Source: an uncultured delta proteobacterium (lineage in GTDB: Bacteria > Desulfobacterota > WTBG01). Taken from it: a stretch of 64,000 bases of DNA. The notes under the pieces are model-generated. The model was not told the origin of the DNA, did no database searches, and worked only from the letters and a program-made list of their open reading frames with translations. The first letter of the stretch is position 1; each line of letters opens with the position of its first letter. The stretch is from positions 416,001 through 480,000 of the forward strand of contig CAWCBP010000001.1 of the NCBI GenBank assembly GCA_963793865.1, given 5' to 3'. Below are positions 61,381 through 64,000 of the stretch, in pieces. The translations under genes were made by a program, and so were the position numbers.

Positions 61381-61980
61381 ATGAAAGGTTCCGTGATCAG
61401 AAGTAATTGCAGGTTGTTCCTGATACTTTTTTTAAGCACACTTTTTACGGGGGCTACGGTTATGGCGGAGGAAGCAAAACAGCGCATACTGCTTGATTTT
61501 GAACAATCGGGTGACGCCGCCAACTGGTCCGTCATCAACGATGTGGTCATGGGTGGGGTTTCAAACAGCAGCTTTACCGTGCAGAAGCCGGGAACCGCTG
61601 TTTTCTCCGGTGCGGTCTCATTGGAAAACAATGGCGGCTTTGCCTCGGCAAATATGAAACCGGCACAATTCGATGTGAGCGGGTTTGACGGCATCAGATT
61701 CCGGGTTAAAGGTGATGGGAAAAACTATAAGATTACCCTGAAAAATGACGGCGCCTTCAATGGCTTTTCCTACCGGTTTGAATTCGGCACTAAAAACGGC
61801 GAATGGCTCACCATTGATGCCCCCTTTTCAGCATTCGTTCCCAAATTCATGGGGCAAACCACCAGCGCACCGCCGGTGGACAGGGCAAAGATAAAAACCT
61901 TCGGCTTTTTAATAGCGGACAAGCAGGATGGGCCGTTCCGCCTTGAGATTGACTGGATTGGCGCCTATAAGAAGGGGTAA
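61381..61980 (+). CDS. CIA30 family protein with signal peptide
   Basis: WSVINDVVMGGVS, VSLENNGGFAS, RVKGDGK.Y, KQDGPFRLEIDWI. Confidence 0.9.
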   Translation: MKGSVIRSNCRLFLILFLSTLFTGATVMAEEAKQRILLDFEQSGDAANWSVINDVVMGGVSNSSFTVQKPGTAVFSGAVSLENNGGFASANMKPAQFDVSGFDGIRFRVKGDGKNYKITLKNDGAFNGFSYRFEFGTKNGEWLTIDAPFSAFVPKFMGQTTSAPPVDRAKIKTFGFLIADKQDGPFRLEIDWIGAYKKG

Positions 61981-62007
61981 TCAGTGCACGTGCACGGGGA
62001 GGTATGA

Positions 62008-62340
62008 TTGATGAAAAAGGGTGGAATAGTCGTGATGGCAATGGTTATGGTTTTCTGCTGTGCAGCTGTTACCCGCGGGCAAAATCCCGCGGCCGTGTCC
62101 GAAGGCGAAGTCCTCTTCAAGCAGTACTGCCAGGCGTGCCATCCCGGCGGGAAGAACGTGATGAATCCGGCAAAGACACTGTACGCGCAGGATCTGAAAA
62201 AAAATAAGATAGAAACCCCGGAAGCGATTGTAAAAATGATCCGCAAGGCGCCGCCGGGGATGACCGCCTTCGATGAAAAGGTTATATCGGATAAGGATGC
62301 GGACGCAATCGCCCTCTATATCCTGCAGACCTTTAAATAG
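62008..62340 (+). CDS. Monohaem class I cytochrome c (c6-like)
   Basis: Signal peptide, CQACH, GGKNVMNPAKTL, PGMTAF distal Met. Confidence 0.88.
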   Translation: MMKKGGIVVMAMVMVFCCAAVTRGQNPAAVSEGEVLFKQYCQACHPGGKNVMNPAKTLYAQDLKKNKIETPEAIVKMIRKAPPGMTAFDEKVISDKDADAIALYILQTFK

Positions 62341-62348
62341 CTGCAGTG

Positions 62349-62648
62349 TCATTGAGGCGGGGCGTAACCTTCCACGATCACCGCGCGGGAAGTGGCCGCC
62401 TCTTCCCTTAACGGGGCAATCTTACGGTACTCCGGCGAGGCAAAGCAGTCCCTTGCCTGCTGAACCGTTTCGAACCGGATTATCACCAGCCGTTTCGGAA
62501 GCCACTCTCCCGAGAGACGGGTTACCCTGCCTCCCCGCACCAGATACCTTCCCCCTGCCTTTTCAATAATTGACGTGGCCTGCGCGACATACCGGGCATA
62601 CAGCTCCTGATTGTGGACGTCGATGTCAAGTATGAGATAGGCGGACAT
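62349..62648 (-). CDS. DUF1330 family protein
   Basis: GGRYLVRGG, F.....A....SPEY.....R. Confidence 0.88.
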   Translation of the reverse strand: MSAYLILDIDVHNQELYARYVAQATSIIEKAGGRYLVRGGRVTRLSGEWLPKRLVIIRFETVQQARDCFASPEYRKIAPLREEAATSRAVIVEGYAPPQ

Positions 62649-62746
62649 GGAGCGCTCCTCGTGACTTTTTTGGATAATCCGTGAAGCCGCTTGGGCGGGC
62701 AGGGATTCCTCAGATCTGCCCCGCGTTCAACAGTTGGGCGGAAACA

Positions 62747-63976
62747 TCACGACGCTTCAGCCGGTCGGGCAACTCTTCCCAGAAAGAGGATGCTTCCCGA
62801 AGGTTTGTGCCGGATCAGAAAGATAAAGGGGTGATCAGCCCGGAAGAGGGGCGGGGAGACGGGTGCGGCGGTAAGGCGCATGGCCACCCCCGTTGCCGCG
62901 GCCGCCTCGGTTCCCTCCTCGTTGACATCCACGAAGGCCTTGTGCACCACGGCGCTGATAAAGAGATCCTTGCCGCCGGTCATGCCGGAAAAGTCAGCCG
63001 CCCCGCTGAATGCCTCCGGCATTCCCATGGCACCCAGCGTCTGGGCAAGCTCAAACCGGGAGGTCATGGTAAATTTCGGCAGGCACACCCGGACCTCGCG
63101 TTTCCTGATGTCGTTGAGCACGGCCGTGAGTGCATCATCCGTCAGGCCGTTTTCAAGTTCCCTCAGGCCGTCAATCTTCCGGGGCAGGAGAACGATCATG
63201 GAGAGACTGTCGCCGGCGTAAGGCAGCTCGAGGGCCTGAAGCATTTCATCCTCCATGTATCCAAAATCGTCCTGCCCGTTCATCATGGGCACCATGGTCT
63301 CCGTGCCCGGTGCTGTCCGGAACGGTTCGTCCTTCGTCCGATCCTTTATGAATCGGCTTGACCAGTTGCCTTTAAAGTATATGGCGTTGGTGAGGACCAA
63401 GCGCGTTAAGGAATCCAGCACGCCGGGCTTGATCAATTCCTGTATTTTGTTTTTGGTTTTATCCTCCACCCAGGCGTTGATCTGAAGGCGGGCCTTTTCA
63501 GCATCATTTTTAAAGCCGACCCGGTTCAATGACGCCTCGTAATACCGGCCGGTCAGGTCGGTAAAATTTTTCAGCAATGAAAAACCGCTCTCTACCCACA
63601 GCGCATTGGCGATGCTCAGTTCGATCTGCCCTTTTTCCTGCTCCTGCTTCAGCTGCGACTGAAGTGAGGAAAAGGAGGGGTGCAGCATCTGCCCGTCCGG
63701 CATGAAGTGCAGTGTATCGGCCATCTGTTTTTCAGTCGTGCCCCGGGCGCCGGCGCAGGTCATGGCCAGCGCGGCGGAGATGCTGTAGGGGGAGAAAAAA
63801 AGATTTCCCTCCGCTGTCCGCAGCCGGTTGTAGAGGTCAAGCGCAAACCGCGTGTTTCCCGCGACAACGGCTGCGGTATCGGCCGGGCTCACTGTCTCAA
63901 CGGGTTTGCCGGGGAATGATGCCGCCGCGGCAGCAAAGAGTGCGAATGGCAGCAACAAAAGGTAATGCAGTTTCAT
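62747..63976 (-). CDS. Secreted serpin
   Basis: NLFFSPYSIS, INAWVEDKT, LTNAIYFKGNW, EEGTEAAAAT hinge, FRADHPFIFLI, LFLGRV. Confidence 0.95.
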   Translation of the reverse strand: MKLHYLLLLPFALFAAAAASFPGKPVETVSPADTAAVVAGNTRFALDLYNRLRTAEGNLFFSPYSISAALAMTCAGARGTTEKQMADTLHFMPDGQMLHPSFSSLQSQLKQEQEKGQIELSIANALWVESGFSLLKNFTDLTGRYYEASLNRVGFKNDAEKARLQINAWVEDKTKNKIQELIKPGVLDSLTRLVLTNAIYFKGNWSSRFIKDRTKDEPFRTAPGTETMVPMMNGQDDFGYMEDEMLQALELPYAGDSLSMIVLLPRKIDGLRELENGLTDDALTAVLNDIRKREVRVCLPKFTMTSRFELAQTLGAMGMPEAFSGAADFSGMTGGKDLFISAVVHKAFVDVNEEGTEAAAATGVAMRLTAAPVSPPLFRADHPFIFLIRHKPSGSILFLGRVARPAEAS

Positions 63977-64000
63977 GGGCTTTCTCCTCAGGCAGGCTTG

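Overview
Chromosomal, moderately GC-rich window from a probable anaerobic deltaproteobacterium (Desulfobacterota-like). This is inferred from the tungsten AORs, the 2-oxoacid:ferredoxin oxidoreductase, the sigma54 regulator and the M50/transglutaminase/ABC cluster. No rRNA, tRNA, CRISPR array, prophage or transposase gene is visible. Housekeeping genes include mtaB, a trmN6-like methyltransferase, dciA-like, serC-like/serA/purA, tpx, suhB-like, ihf/hu and fabF-like. There is an unusual kdp locus: a split sensor, a sigma54-type regulator, two small membrane peptides and an EIIA domain. The most striking region is about 20.4-29.7 kb, where three adjacent transcription units each pair a redox enzyme (two tungsten aldehyde:ferredoxin oxidoreductases, one FixC/GGR-like flavoprotein plus ferredoxin) with a protein of the coproporphyrinogen-oxidase/bilin-reductase superfold. 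Two of these resemble red-chlorophyll-catabolite reductase/ferredoxin-dependent bilin reductase, and one is a HemF homologue that has lost its conserved His/Arg motif residues. No haem oxygenase or photosynthesis gene is in the window, so this is a candidate undescribed anaerobic tetrapyrrole-transforming system. Also notable are an unannotated 22-aa Lys-rich peptide behind tandem NrdR-like boxes, a MITE-like family that overlaps TAG stop codons, and many heptamer/REP-like palindromic intergenic repeats. About ten single-base frameshifts (including one in purA) most likely reflect long-read indel errors, not pseudogenes. All assignments come from motif recognition by eye; no searches were run.
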